Assembly (NCBI GenBank): GCA_963732935.1 | Contig: CAVTBK010000001.1 | Coordinates: forward strand, 497,624-561,623 | Direction of reading: 5' to 3' | DNA: 64,000 bases | Source: an uncultured Acidobacteriota bacterium | Lineage (GTDB): Bacteria; Acidobacteriota; Vicinamibacteria; Fen-336 | Part shown: in pieces, positions 29,750 to 38,821 of the stretch | Position numbering within the stretch: position 1 is the stretch's first letter | Layout: each line of letters opens with the position of its first letter | Program-made: the position numbers and the translations under genes | The notes under the pieces: generated by a model | The model's input: the letters and a program-made list of their open reading frames with translations, nothing else | Told to the model about the DNA's origin: nothing | Database searches by the model: none

Positions 29750-30682
29750 ATGGCGTCTCCCCTCCCCGCTCCGGATCGCCCGGCCTTCTCGTGGTCGGCC
29801 TCGCGCCACGACACCTTCGCGACCTGCCGCCGGCGCTACTTCTACTCGTACTACGCCTCCTTCGAGGACGAGGAGGTACGGCGTCTCAAGAAGCTGTCGG
29901 CGCTGCCCCTCTGGGCCGGCAGCGTCGTCCACGACGCGATCGAGCGCTTCCTGCGCGAGAACGACGCCGTTCCCGATCCCGAGGCGCAGGAGGCGCTCGT
30001 CCGCCAGGTGGTCCACGGCACGATGGTGTCCGACTGGCGCGAGAGCGAGGCCGGCGGGCGCTTTCGCCTCTTCGAGCACGAGTACCAGGTGCCGGTCGAG
30101 CAGGAGGACAAGCGGATCGCGGTGAACGTGGTGATGCGCTCGCTGCGCAGCTTCTTCCGGGGAGAGACGCTCGCGCACGCGATGGAGCTCGGCCGCGGGA
30201 GCCGGCTCGCGCTCGAGGACCTCGCTTCCTTCCCGGTCGGCGACACGGAGGTGCTGGTCCGCATGGACCTCGCCTACCGCGAGCCAGACGGCCGGGTGGT
30301 GATCGTGGACTGGAAGACGGGCCGGGGCGAGGGCCGCTTCAACGAGGTGCAGATCGCCGGCTATGCGCTCTGCGCTGTCGAGAAGGGCTGGGTCGACGAT
30401 CCCGAGCAGATCACGACCCAGCTCGACTACCTGGCCCTGCCCAAGAGCGTGCGTCGCTCCGTGACCCCGCAGAAGATCGAGGCCGCCCGGCGTTTCATAG
30501 AGCGCAGCGCCCGCGACATGAAGGCCCTGCTCGTCGATCCGATCGCGAACCTCGGCCGGATCGAGGACTTCCCGATGATCGACCGGCCTCAGGTCTGCCG
30601 TCGCTGCAACTTCCGGCGGCTCTGCTTCCCGCGCGCCGAGGAGACCCGGCTCTCCGGCGCGGCGCCGACGCCCTCCCGCTGA
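29750..30682 (+). CDS. PD-(D/E)XK nuclease, Cas4/RecB-family-exonuclease-like, with 4-Cys cluster
   Basis: N-terminal C..RRYFYSYY, core D..E.K-type (VIVDWKTG), C-terminal CRRCNFRRLC. Confidence 0.65.
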   Translation: MASPLPAPDRPAFSWSASRHDTFATCRRRYFYSYYASFEDEEVRRLKKLSALPLWAGSVVHDAIERFLRENDAVPDPEAQEALVRQVVHGTMVSDWRESEAGGRFRLFEHEYQVPVEQEDKRIAVNVVMRSLRSFFRGETLAHAMELGRGSRLALEDLASFPVGDTEVLVRMDLAYREPDGRVVIVDWKTGRGEGRFNEVQIAGYALCAVEKGWVDDPEQITTQLDYLALPKSVRRSVTPQKIEAARRFIERSARDMKALLVDPIANLGRIEDFPMIDRPQVCRRCNFRRLCFPRAEETRLSGAAPTPSR

Positions 30683-30691
30683 GCGCCGGCA

Positions 30692-30721
30692 CCGGCCGGA
30701 CCGAATCCTTCGGGCGGCCGG
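30692..30721. terminator. Possible bidirectional terminator hairpin between convergent genes (no U-tract)
   Basis: CCGGCCG ga CCGAAtccTTCGG g CGGCCGG nested palindrome. Confidence 0.3.
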
Positions 30722-30722
30722 G

Positions 30723-31469
30723 CTACTCCTTCAGGTACCGGGCCAGGAAGGCCGTCGTCCGCGCCCAGGCGTCCTTCGCCGCCTCGGGGCGATAGCCGCC
30801 CCAAGGGTTGTGGGCGTTGGCGAAGGCATGGCCGGCGCCTGGGTAGATCTTGACGTCGATCGTCTTGCCGTCCTTCTTCATGGCCGCCTCGAAGGCCCGC
30901 ACCAGGTCCGGGCCCACGCCCTTGTCGTCGGCGCCGTAGTTGCCGAGGACGGGTGCCTTGATCGCGGCGACCGCGGCCGGGTCCGTGGGAGGAGTGCCGT
31001 AGTAGGCGACCACCGCCCGGAGCGCCGGCTCTTTGGTCGCGAAACGGAGCGCGTAGCCGCCCCCCATGCACCAGCCGATCACGCCGATCCGGTCCTTCTT
31101 CACGTCCGCGCGGGCCTCGAGGGTCGCGAAAGCGCCGTGCAGGTCGCGCAGGGCGCGGTCCTCCGGCATGCCCATCATGAACTGGTGCGCCTCCTCCTGC
31201 TTCGCGGTCACCTTGCCGTGATAGAGGTCGGGGGCGAGCGCGACGTAGCCCTCCTGGGCGAGCGCCCGAGCCTGGTCCTTGATCCAGTCGTCGAGCCCCC
31301 ACCACTCCTGGATCACCACCAGGCCGGGAAAGGGCCCCGTCCCATCCGGCGTCACCAGGAAGCCGGACGCCGTGTCGTCACCGCTCTTGAAGGTCACCGT
31401 CTGCTCGGCGGCGGCCGCGAGCGACGCCGTCGCCCACACGGCCAGCGCCAACGTCAACACCTTCCTCAT
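30723..31469 (-). CDS. Dienelactone hydrolase family protein, secreted
   Basis: Signal peptide. GWCMGG nucleophile elbow, GAGHAF. Confidence 0.85.
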   Translation of the reverse strand: MRKVLTLALAVWATASLAAAAEQTVTFKSGDDTASGFLVTPDGTGPFPGLVVIQEWWGLDDWIKDQARALAQEGYVALAPDLYHGKVTAKQEEAHQFMMGMPEDRALRDLHGAFATLEARADVKKDRIGVIGWCMGGGYALRFATKEPALRAVVAYYGTPPTDPAAVAAIKAPVLGNYGADDKGVGPDLVRAFEAAMKKDGKTIDVKIYPGAGHAFANAHNPWGGYRPEAAKDAWARTTAFLARYLKE

Positions 31470-31586
31470 TCACTCACCTCTGTCGGCGGGAAGCGACGAG
31501 AGAGCCGCTCCCCGCGAGCGTTGTCATCACGCCCCCTTCACGGATTGCCGTCTTTGCGATCGCCTGTCCCCGAGCAGACCTGCCCG

Positions 31587-33254
31587 CTAGCGAACCGGCT
31601 CCGGCAGGGCCGACCGAGGCAGCGCATGCTTCTCGAGCTCGAGGCGGCGCCGCAGCAGGGCCGCGGCGATCACGAGCACCTCGAAGGCGACGAAGCCTCC
31701 CACGTACCAGTAGCCGCCCGATCCGAAGCCGTAGGAGTGGAGCCCGGTGCCGAGCACGAAGTTGACGCCGTACCAGGCCATCAGCACGAGCAGATAGCCG
31801 AGCAGCGAGCCGACCGCCATGCCGAAGTCCTTGATCCAGCCCACGAAGCGCGCGTGCAGGACCGCGAGATAGCCGAGGGTCGCGATCAGGGCCCAGGTCT
31901 CCTTGGGGTCCCAGCCCCAGAAGCGTCCCCACGAGTACGAGGCCCACACGCCACCCAGCATGGTGCCGACCGCCAGGAAGAGCGTTCCCAGCTGGAGCGC
32001 GCGGTACAGGAAGAGCGAGAGCGACTTGAGCAGCCCCGCTCTGCGCGGGGCGAAGAAGTAGAGGCCGAGGTTGAGGTGGCCCAGGGCCATCGCCAGGGTG
32101 AAGGCGGCGTAGCCGAGCATGATGGTGAGGACGTGGATGGTGAGCCACATGTTGTCACGCAGCACCGGGACCAGCGGCGAGATCGAGCCGTCGAAGATCG
32201 GCACGCTGTCCGCGATCAGGAGCGCGATGGTCGCGACCGCAGAGGCACAGACGGCGAAGAAGCGGGCCCGGTAGATCGCCTCGAAGATCAGGGCGAAGAG
32301 CATGCCGCCCCAGGAGACGAAGACGATCGTCTCGTACATGTTGGTCACCGGCGGCCGCCCGGCGATCAGGATGCGCAGCAGCATCCCGTACGAGACGAGG
32401 GCGAACCCCGACACGATCGCGACGAAGCCCGCCGCCGTGACGGCGCGCGAGGCGAGCGGGAAGCTGGAGAGGAGCAGGAGCAGGCCGGCGAGGTAGAGGA
32501 TCCAGGCGATCCGGTACGGCTGGAGCGAGTTGTAGTGCAGCTCGAGAGCGAGCTGCCGCTGGCTCGGGTAGACGCCGGGCGCGGACTCCGCCAGGCGCCG
32601 GCCCAAGGCGGCGCCGGCCGCCTGGACGCCCGCACGGTCGCCCTCGCGATAGGCCGTCACCAGCGCCGCGACCAGCATCTCCAGCCGCTGCGCCTGGGGC
32701 ACCCTGCCGGAGCTGAGGTCGGCGAGCGAGGACCAGGTCCCCCTGGGATCACCGGGCGTCGGCACGAGGTGGAGGGCCGAGCCCGAGATGACCCCGCTCA
32801 CGGTCCGAAGCGTGTCGTAAAGGTTCGCCACCTCGCGGTCCACCGGACCCAGCGGCTGGTCTTTCTGGCTCTTCGCCCGCGCCGCGGCGAGGGCCTTGTC
32901 GAGGCCCGGACTGGCCAGCAGCTCGTTGAGGCTGAAGCGGTCCCGACCCGACGGCAGCCCGATCGCTCGGCGCAGATCGGCGTGCGTCACCTTGATGATG
33001 GGGCGGTCCCGCCACTCGTCCGGACGCGACAGCACCGCGAGCAGCCACTCCGCCGGCTCCAGGCCGTCCACGCGCTCGAGGCCGAAGGGCCGCGCGCCCT
33101 GCACGCGCTTCACCAGGTCCCGCGCGAAGGTGTCGAGCGGCTTGGTGCGCCCGCCGTCCTGGATGGCGAGGGCCTTGAAGGGCCCGATCTCAGGCCCCGC
33201 CAGGAGCGGGCTCGCCGTGCCGGCCAGCAGACAGATCAGAAGGGTTCGCTTCAT
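31587..33254 (-). CDS. ccsA: Cytochrome c-type biogenesis protein CcsA/ResC (system II) with large N-terminal periplasmic domain
   Basis: WGGMLFAL and WGRFWGWDPKETW tryptophan-rich heme-handling motif. Confidence 0.85.
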   Translation of the reverse strand: MKRTLLICLLAGTASPLLAGPEIGPFKALAIQDGGRTKPLDTFARDLVKRVQGARPFGLERVDGLEPAEWLLAVLSRPDEWRDRPIIKVTHADLRRAIGLPSGRDRFSLNELLASPGLDKALAAARAKSQKDQPLGPVDREVANLYDTLRTVSGVISGSALHLVPTPGDPRGTWSSLADLSSGRVPQAQRLEMLVAALVTAYREGDRAGVQAAGAALGRRLAESAPGVYPSQRQLALELHYNSLQPYRIAWILYLAGLLLLLSSFPLASRAVTAAGFVAIVSGFALVSYGMLLRILIAGRPPVTNMYETIVFVSWGGMLFALIFEAIYRARFFAVCASAVATIALLIADSVPIFDGSISPLVPVLRDNMWLTIHVLTIMLGYAAFTLAMALGHLNLGLYFFAPRRAGLLKSLSLFLYRALQLGTLFLAVGTMLGGVWASYSWGRFWGWDPKETWALIATLGYLAVLHARFVGWIKDFGMAVGSLLGYLLVLMAWYGVNFVLGTGLHSYGFGSGGYWYVGGFVAFEVLVIAAALLRRRLELEKHALPRSALPEPVR

Positions 33255-34695
33255 ACACGCTCTCCCGCGCCCGGCGGGCCGCCAGGGCCTGGGCCGCCTG
33301 GCGCCGCGCCAGGTACGGCTTGACGTAGAACATCCACACCACACCCGCGGCGACCAGAAAGACGCCCAGGTAGACGAGCGGGAGACCCGGCGCGCGAGCG
33401 ACCGAGAAGATCGACATCATCGGGCTTCCCTCGACGAAGGAGGACTGGAAGAAGATGTACCCGCGGTAGTGGAGCGGGTGGTTCATCGAGATCAGGGTCT
33501 CGAAGCTGCCCCGCTCGGGGTCCTCGATGCGTACCGTGCTCTCGTAGGTCGCCGCCATCTGCGAGCCGGGGTACGGCTCGTCGTTGAAGTGGAGGAGCGT
33601 CACTCGGAAGGGCAGCGCCCGCAGGGGTGCCTGGTAGCCGACCATGACGTACCGCGAGCCGAGGCGCACCCCGCGCCGCTCGCCCCAGAGCACCCACTCG
33701 GGGTCGCTGCGCGCGGCACCGCTCTCGAGATGGACGCGCACGGCGGGCCGTCGCTGCTCCTCCTTGGCCGGCGGGGTCTCGGGCGCGACCGTGCGGACGA
33801 GCGCGGCCGACGGGATCAGGTGGTCGACGGTCACCCCCAAGCCCGGCCAGCCCGTGGGGATCGGCTGCCCCGCCTCGACGACCCCGGTACGCAGGACACC
33901 CCGGCCGTCGGCGGCGGCGAAGCGGATCTCGTCCCCGGGGCCGATCACCAGCGAGAGATGATTGGGCCCCTCGCCGCGCTCGAGCAGCCGGCGCGCCCCG
34001 TCCTCGTCGGCCGCGGAGCGGAAGTCGAACGCGACCATGCCGAGGTCGAGGCGGCTCCGCTGCGGGTCGTCGGGAACCAGCCAGGAGTCCTGGGTCGCCA
34101 TGGGCGCCTGCACCAGGAGATGCAGGGCCGGCGAGCCAACCGGGGCCGGTCGGTAGCTCTCCCGCACCGAGACGTGCGGCTGGTAGGCGTCGGCCACCAG
34201 AACCAGGTCGGAGCCGGGGACCCGGTAGCGCTGCTCGTGCCCGGGACGCGGGGCGTGCTGCTCGAATACGACCGGAAAGCTGCCGCGCGCTCCGTTCGGC
34301 GCCGTCACCTGGAGGGCCTTCTCCAGCAGCATCACGCGGTTGGAGGTCTCGCCTTCGTAGAGGGGCATGTTGGAGTCGAGCCCACCGAAGAGCGAGAGCA
34401 CCGATCCGAGCAGGATGGTGAGGATCCCCACGTGGGCTGTCAGGAAGCCGATGTGGTGCTTGGTCCAGGGGTAGCGGCTCACCATCACCGCGACCACGTT
34501 CGTCCCCAGCAGCGCCAGCAGGAAGGTGAACCAGGGCGTGTGGTAGATGTTCCGCTGGACGGCGGGCGTGCCGTTGCGTGCCTCGTAGAAGGTGGCGAAG
34601 GCGCAGACCGAGCCGAGCGTCACCATCGTCACGACCGCGAGGCGGAGCGAGGACAGAAAGGCCAGGGCTTGGCCTGCGACACTTTTGTGCTGCAT
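33190..34695 (-). CDS. resB: Cytochrome c biogenesis protein ResB/Ccs1 (system II)
   Basis: ResB-like TM pattern, large periplasmic domain, C-terminal TM. 65-nt overlap with ccsA start. Confidence 0.8.
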   Translation of the reverse strand: MQHKSVAGQALAFLSSLRLAVVTMVTLGSVCAFATFYEARNGTPAVQRNIYHTPWFTFLLALLGTNVVAVMVSRYPWTKHHIGFLTAHVGILTILLGSVLSLFGGLDSNMPLYEGETSNRVMLLEKALQVTAPNGARGSFPVVFEQHAPRPGHEQRYRVPGSDLVLVADAYQPHVSVRESYRPAPVGSPALHLLVQAPMATQDSWLVPDDPQRSRLDLGMVAFDFRSAADEDGARRLLERGEGPNHLSLVIGPGDEIRFAAADGRGVLRTGVVEAGQPIPTGWPGLGVTVDHLIPSAALVRTVAPETPPAKEEQRRPAVRVHLESGAARSDPEWVLWGERRGVRLGSRYVMVGYQAPLRALPFRVTLLHFNDEPYPGSQMAATYESTVRIEDPERGSFETLISMNHPLHYRGYIFFQSSFVEGSPMMSIFSVARAPGLPLVYLGVFLVAAGVVWMFYVKPYLARRQAAQALAARRARESVYEANPSDLSAGRHGEPAPGGA

Positions 34696-34757
34696 CTCTC
34701 TAGGGCTGTTCGAACCATTCTAGGGGGGTGCTCGCGAGGGTGTCAACGAGCTCAGCA

Positions 34758-34787
34758 TTGACGTGCCCGGCCGAGCATCTCTAGAAT
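34758..34787 (+). promoter_or_regulatory. Putative sigma-70 promoter TTGACG-N18-TAGAAT upstream of FHA gene
   Basis: Near-consensus hexamers; GAGGAGAG RBS follows. Confidence 0.4.
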
Positions 34788-34833
34788 CGCCGAGACTTCC
34801 GCCTGCACGCGCGAAGTGCGAGGAGAGCACCCC

Positions 34834-35844
34834 ATGCCCAGCCTGCGGCTCGTGCCCGTCTCCGGTCCCCCGATCGAGGTCGCGAAGGAGCAGAACGTGG
34901 TCGGGCGGGATCCGGGTTGCGACATCGTCGTGACCGACGGCTCGGTGTCGCGCCGCCATGCGCGTCTGGAGCTGCGCGGCTCCGAGTGGTGGGTGATCGA
35001 CCAGGGCAGCGCGAACGGCACCTACCTCAACAGCGTCCGGGTCGCGGAGCAGGCGCTCAAGAGCGGTCAGGAGCTGCGCTTCGGCGCGCTCGCCTTCCAG
35101 GTGGACATCGCCGAGGACCCGGAAGCGACCGTGGCGACGCCCGTCCTCGACGAGAACGCCGAGGTGACCGTCCTCTCGGCGGCGCCGCCGCCGCCTGTCA
35201 CTCCCCCGCCGGCCGCGGCTCCGCCGGCCGCCCCGCCCCCGGCCGCGAGGGTGCCCGCGGTGCCGGCTCCGCCATCGCCCGCTCCGCCGCGTGCTGCGGC
35301 GCCCCCGCCCGCCCCCCGACCTCCGGCGGCCCCCGTCAGCCCGCGCGCAGCCGCGCCGCCCATGCCGCCGCGCCCCACCTCGCGCAGGCCGAGCGCGCCG
35401 GTGCCGCAGATGCCGGCCGGCGCCGCAGCGGCCAAGAAAGGCCGCTCGCCGATCGTGTGGGTGGCGGTCGGCTGCTGCGGCTGCCTGCTGCTGGTCGCCG
35501 CCCTGATCGCGGTGATCGGCGGCGGCGCCTACGTCGCCTCCAAGGGGGCGGCGGACGCCGCCCATGCCTGGATCGCCGAGGTGCGGCAGGGAGGAGGCTC
35601 GGCCGGGGCGCCGTACCTCAGCAGCGGCTACTCGAGCCAGGTCTCGCAGGAAACGAACGCCGCGATCATCGCGGCGATCCAGCAGTCGACCGACGCCACT
35701 TTCCTGCAGCGCTCGATCGAGAACGATCGGGCGGTCCTGCGTGGAGTGCTGACCGGGGGCGGCTCGACCCAGCCGCTCACCGTCCACCTCGTCAAGGAGG
35801 ACGGCGTCTGGAAGGTCGACTCTGTCGCTCTCGGGCCCGAGTGA
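34834..35844 (+). CDS. FHA-domain protein with Pro/Ala-rich linker, single TM and C-terminal extracytoplasmic domain
   Basis: FHA core (VVGRD..CDIVV..SVSRRHARLEL..VIDQGSANGTYLN). Linker PPPPVTPPPAAAPPAAPPPAA. TM IVWVAVGCCGCLLLVAALIAVIGG. Confidence 0.75.
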   Translation: MPSLRLVPVSGPPIEVAKEQNVVGRDPGCDIVVTDGSVSRRHARLELRGSEWWVIDQGSANGTYLNSVRVAEQALKSGQELRFGALAFQVDIAEDPEATVATPVLDENAEVTVLSAAPPPPVTPPPAAAPPAAPPPAARVPAVPAPPSPAPPRAAAPPPAPRPPAAPVSPRAAAPPMPPRPTSRRPSAPVPQMPAGAAAAKKGRSPIVWVAVGCCGCLLLVAALIAVIGGGAYVASKGAADAAHAWIAEVRQGGGSAGAPYLSSGYSSQVSQETNAAIIAAIQQSTDATFLQRSIENDRAVLRGVLTGGGSTQPLTVHLVKEDGVWKVDSVALGPE

Positions 35845-35860
35845 GAGCGTCGGTGTCCGG

Positions 35861-36181
35861 GTGAGCGATCCCGCAGCCGAGCCGACCGAGATCCGTCACA
35901 AGCGCGCCGACCGGCGTGTTCTGGTGACCTGGAGCGACGGACACGAGTCCGTCTTCCCGCTCGACTACCTGCGCAGCTGGTGCCCGTGCGCCCTGTGCCA
36001 GGGGCACTCCGCCGAGTCGCGCTACCTGGACCTCCACGACCAGGAGCTCGTCCACCTGGAGGCCGTCGGCAACTACGCGGTTTCGTTCACCTGGCAGGAC
36101 GGCCACAACACCGGCATCTACCCCTATCGGCTGCTGCGGGCGCTCTGCCCCTGCCCGGTCTGCGACGGACCGAAGGGCTAG
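35861..36181 (+). CDS. DUF971 family protein (gamma-butyrobetaine-hydroxylase-like N-terminal Zn domain)
   Basis: CPCALCQGH...IYPYRLLRALCPCPVC. Confidence 0.7.
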   Translation: MSDPAAEPTEIRHKRADRRVLVTWSDGHESVFPLDYLRSWCPCALCQGHSAESRYLDLHDQELVHLEAVGNYAVSFTWQDGHNTGIYPYRLLRALCPCPVCDGPKG

Positions 36182-37098
36182 CGACCCTGGTCCGAGACCG
36201 GCAGGGGCGGCGCCACCGCCTCGTGCCCTTCCGGCTCGAGGTGAACGACCACGTCCACGATCGCCGGATGGGTGGTGACCAGGGCGGCCTCGATCCGGTC
36301 GGCGATCCCGTGCGCGGTCGCCAGCGAGAGCTTCGGGTCGAGGTGAACGGTGAGGTCGACGTAGACGGCGTCGCCGCGGCCGCGGGTGCGTACGTCGTGC
36401 ACCTTCAGGACGCCGGGTACCGCCGCTGCCAGCCGCTCGAGCGGCTCGGCCGCGATCGCCGCCCGGTCGGTGAGCACGTTGAAAGCGGCGAGCAGGATGC
36501 GTGAGGCCTGCCAGGCGATGATCCCGCCGATCGCGACCGCCACCACCGGGTCGGCCCAGACGAGGCCGAGCTTCGCGGCCACGAACGACGACACGACTCC
36601 CAGCGAGACGTAGAGGTCCGCTCGGGTGTGGGTGGCGTCGGCCGCCAGGAAGGCGCTCTTCAGGCGGCGGCCCTGGCGCGCCTCGTACCAGCTCACCAGC
36701 ACGTTGACCGCGATGGTGGCGGCCATCACCGCCCAGTTGAGGAACCCGATCGTGGGCAAGGCCGGCTCGTCCCCGCGCCCGAGCGCCCCGGTGACGACCT
36801 CCCAGGCGAGCGCGAGCAGAGCGATCCCGATCAGACTGGTGGCGGCGGTCTCGAACTTGCGGTGGCCGTACGGGTGCGCACGATCAGGCGGGGCGAAGGC
36901 GAAGGCGGCGACGATCAGGCCGATCACGTTGTTCGAGCCGTCGACCAGGCTGTGATAGCCGTCGGCGACCATCGCCAGGCTGCCCGAAAGATGGCCGACG
37001 ACGACCTTGCCGGCGCTCACGGCCAGGTTGAGGCCGAGCGTGATCCAGAGCACCCGGCGGACGCCGCGACTCTGGACGCCGGTGTCGATGCTCGCCAT
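36178..37098 (-). CDS. Cation diffusion facilitator family transporter
   Basis: 6 TMs with HSLVDG..N and HxxxD-type motifs. C-terminal cytoplasmic domain. Confidence 0.85.
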   Translation of the reverse strand: MASIDTGVQSRGVRRVLWITLGLNLAVSAGKVVVGHLSGSLAMVADGYHSLVDGSNNVIGLIVAAFAFAPPDRAHPYGHRKFETAATSLIGIALLALAWEVVTGALGRGDEPALPTIGFLNWAVMAATIAVNVLVSWYEARQGRRLKSAFLAADATHTRADLYVSLGVVSSFVAAKLGLVWADPVVAVAIGGIIAWQASRILLAAFNVLTDRAAIAAEPLERLAAAVPGVLKVHDVRTRGRGDAVYVDLTVHLDPKLSLATAHGIADRIEAALVTTHPAIVDVVVHLEPEGHEAVAPPLPVSDQGR

Positions 37099-37152
37099 CA
37101 GCGAATCGCTCGAGCGCTCCCCTGGGCGGACCCTCGCTTCAGCGGCGCGGGG

Positions 37153-38637
37153 TCAGGCTTCCTGCTGGCGCGGCACCAGCCAGTCGAGGCTCTGGGCCAG
37201 GGACATCCCGGAGGTGTAGAGGAAGCCCCACTGGAACAGCGCGATGAAGGGAAGCGTGCCCACGAGGCCGTAGGTGAGCGCGTAGAGATTGACGAAGGTG
37301 AAGTAGCAGGCGAGCGCGAGCTCGGCGTAGGGAACCCAGCTCGACTTGCCCTTGTAGATCTTCGTCTTCCAGTCGTCGCCCGCGCCCTCGATCCGGTACT
37401 TGGGGGTGCGGGTGAACTCGGAGGCCTTGCCGAAGAGGCCTTCCAGGACCGCGATCGCGTTGTTGATGCTGATCCCGATCCCGATCGCGAGCACGGCCGG
37501 GATGTACTTGAGCTTCGACTTCCAGGTGTCGGGGAACTGCTCCCGCTGCGAGATCGCGTAGAAGGCGCAGACCGACGCGGTCGCGGCCAGGAAGATCGGC
37601 AGGTCGACCACGAACATCTCGGCCCAGCCCATGCTGTAGCGCAGCACCATGGCGGGGAACACGAGCGCCGAGAGCAGGAGCATCAGCGGGAAGGCGAGGT
37701 TCGCGGTGAGATGGAAGGTCGCCTCGACCTTCTCCCGCCAGGGCAGCTCCGAGGCGAGGATGCGCGGCAGCAGCTTCTTGCAGACCTGCACCGAGCCCTT
37801 GGCCCAGCGCTGCTGCTGCGTCTTGAAGGCGTTCATCTCGACCGGCAGCTCGGCGGGCGCCACCAGGTCGGGCAGGTAGACGAAGCGCCAGCCCCTCAGC
37901 TGCGCCCGGTAGCTGAGGTCGAGGTCCTCGGTGAGCGTGTCGTGCTGCCAGCCGCCCGCGTCCCCGATCACCTCGCGCCGCCAGATGCCGGCCGTGCCGT
38001 TGAAGTTGAAGAAGCGGCCGCCCCGGCTGCGCGCCCCGTGCTCCATGACGAAGTGCCCGTCGAGCATGATCGACTGCACCTCGGTCAGCAGCGAGTAGGA
38101 GCGGTTGATGTGGCCCCAGCGGGCCTGGACCATGCCGACCTGCGGGTCTTCGAAGTGGCCGAGCGTCTTCTCGAGGATGTCGGGCGGGGCGACGAAGTCG
38201 GCGTCGAAGATCAGGACGAACTCGCCGGTCGCCTGCCTCAGCCCAGCGTCGAGGGCGCCCGCCTTGTAGCCGGTCCGGTCGTCGCGGTGCAGGTAGTGAA
38301 TGTCGAAGCCCTGCGCGCGGAAGCGCTCGACGACGCGGCGGGTGATGACGGTCGTCTCGTCGGTCGAGTCGTCGAGGACCTGGATCTCGAGCAGCGGCTT
38401 CGGATAGCGGATGGCGGCGACCGAGTCGAGCAGGCGCTCGATCACGTACAGCTCGTTGAAGATCGGCAGCTGGATCGTGACACGGGGCAGGCGTTCGGGC
38501 AGCGGCGCCGGGCGCGGCTTGCGGTCCTTGTGCTTGAAGTAGAGCCACACCATCAGGTAGCGGTGTGCCCCCATGATCGCGAGGATCACCAGGGTGAGGA
38601 AGTAGAGTCCCAGGACGCCGAACTCGAACGCGCTCAT
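37153..38637 (-). CDS. Processive family-2 glycosyltransferase (cellulose-synthase-like / CslA-like beta-glycan synthase)
   Basis: N-terminal TM, then D,D,D motifs (VLDDSTD, IFDADF). QQQRWAKGS (QxxRW). C-terminal multi-TM channel-like region. Confidence 0.8.
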   Translation of the reverse strand: MSAFEFGVLGLYFLTLVILAIMGAHRYLMVWLYFKHKDRKPRPAPLPERLPRVTIQLPIFNELYVIERLLDSVAAIRYPKPLLEIQVLDDSTDETTVITRRVVERFRAQGFDIHYLHRDDRTGYKAGALDAGLRQATGEFVLIFDADFVAPPDILEKTLGHFEDPQVGMVQARWGHINRSYSLLTEVQSIMLDGHFVMEHGARSRGGRFFNFNGTAGIWRREVIGDAGGWQHDTLTEDLDLSYRAQLRGWRFVYLPDLVAPAELPVEMNAFKTQQQRWAKGSVQVCKKLLPRILASELPWREKVEATFHLTANLAFPLMLLLSALVFPAMVLRYSMGWAEMFVVDLPIFLAATASVCAFYAISQREQFPDTWKSKLKYIPAVLAIGIGISINNAIAVLEGLFGKASEFTRTPKYRIEGAGDDWKTKIYKGKSSWVPYAELALACYFTFVNLYALTYGLVGTLPFIALFQWGFLYTSGMSLAQSLDWLVPRQQEA

Positions 38638-38821
38638 GACCGCCGTCGCCCCCGTCCGCTCGTAACGTCACCCGCGGGGAGACACGAGCCCGTCTCCCTT
38701 GACAACGTCCGAATCACCGGTGGATGATGCCGAGTTCGGAGTTGCGTCCCGTCTCAGACGATCGAGGCGCTCATGCCTCCCGGCACTCCGGAGAGTCTAC
38801 TCAACCAATCGGCTGGATTCA

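Noticed and set aside
23906-29814. ORFs 23906..26023 (-) and 26446..29814 (-)
   Set aside because: Antisense shadows of addB-like and addA-like.
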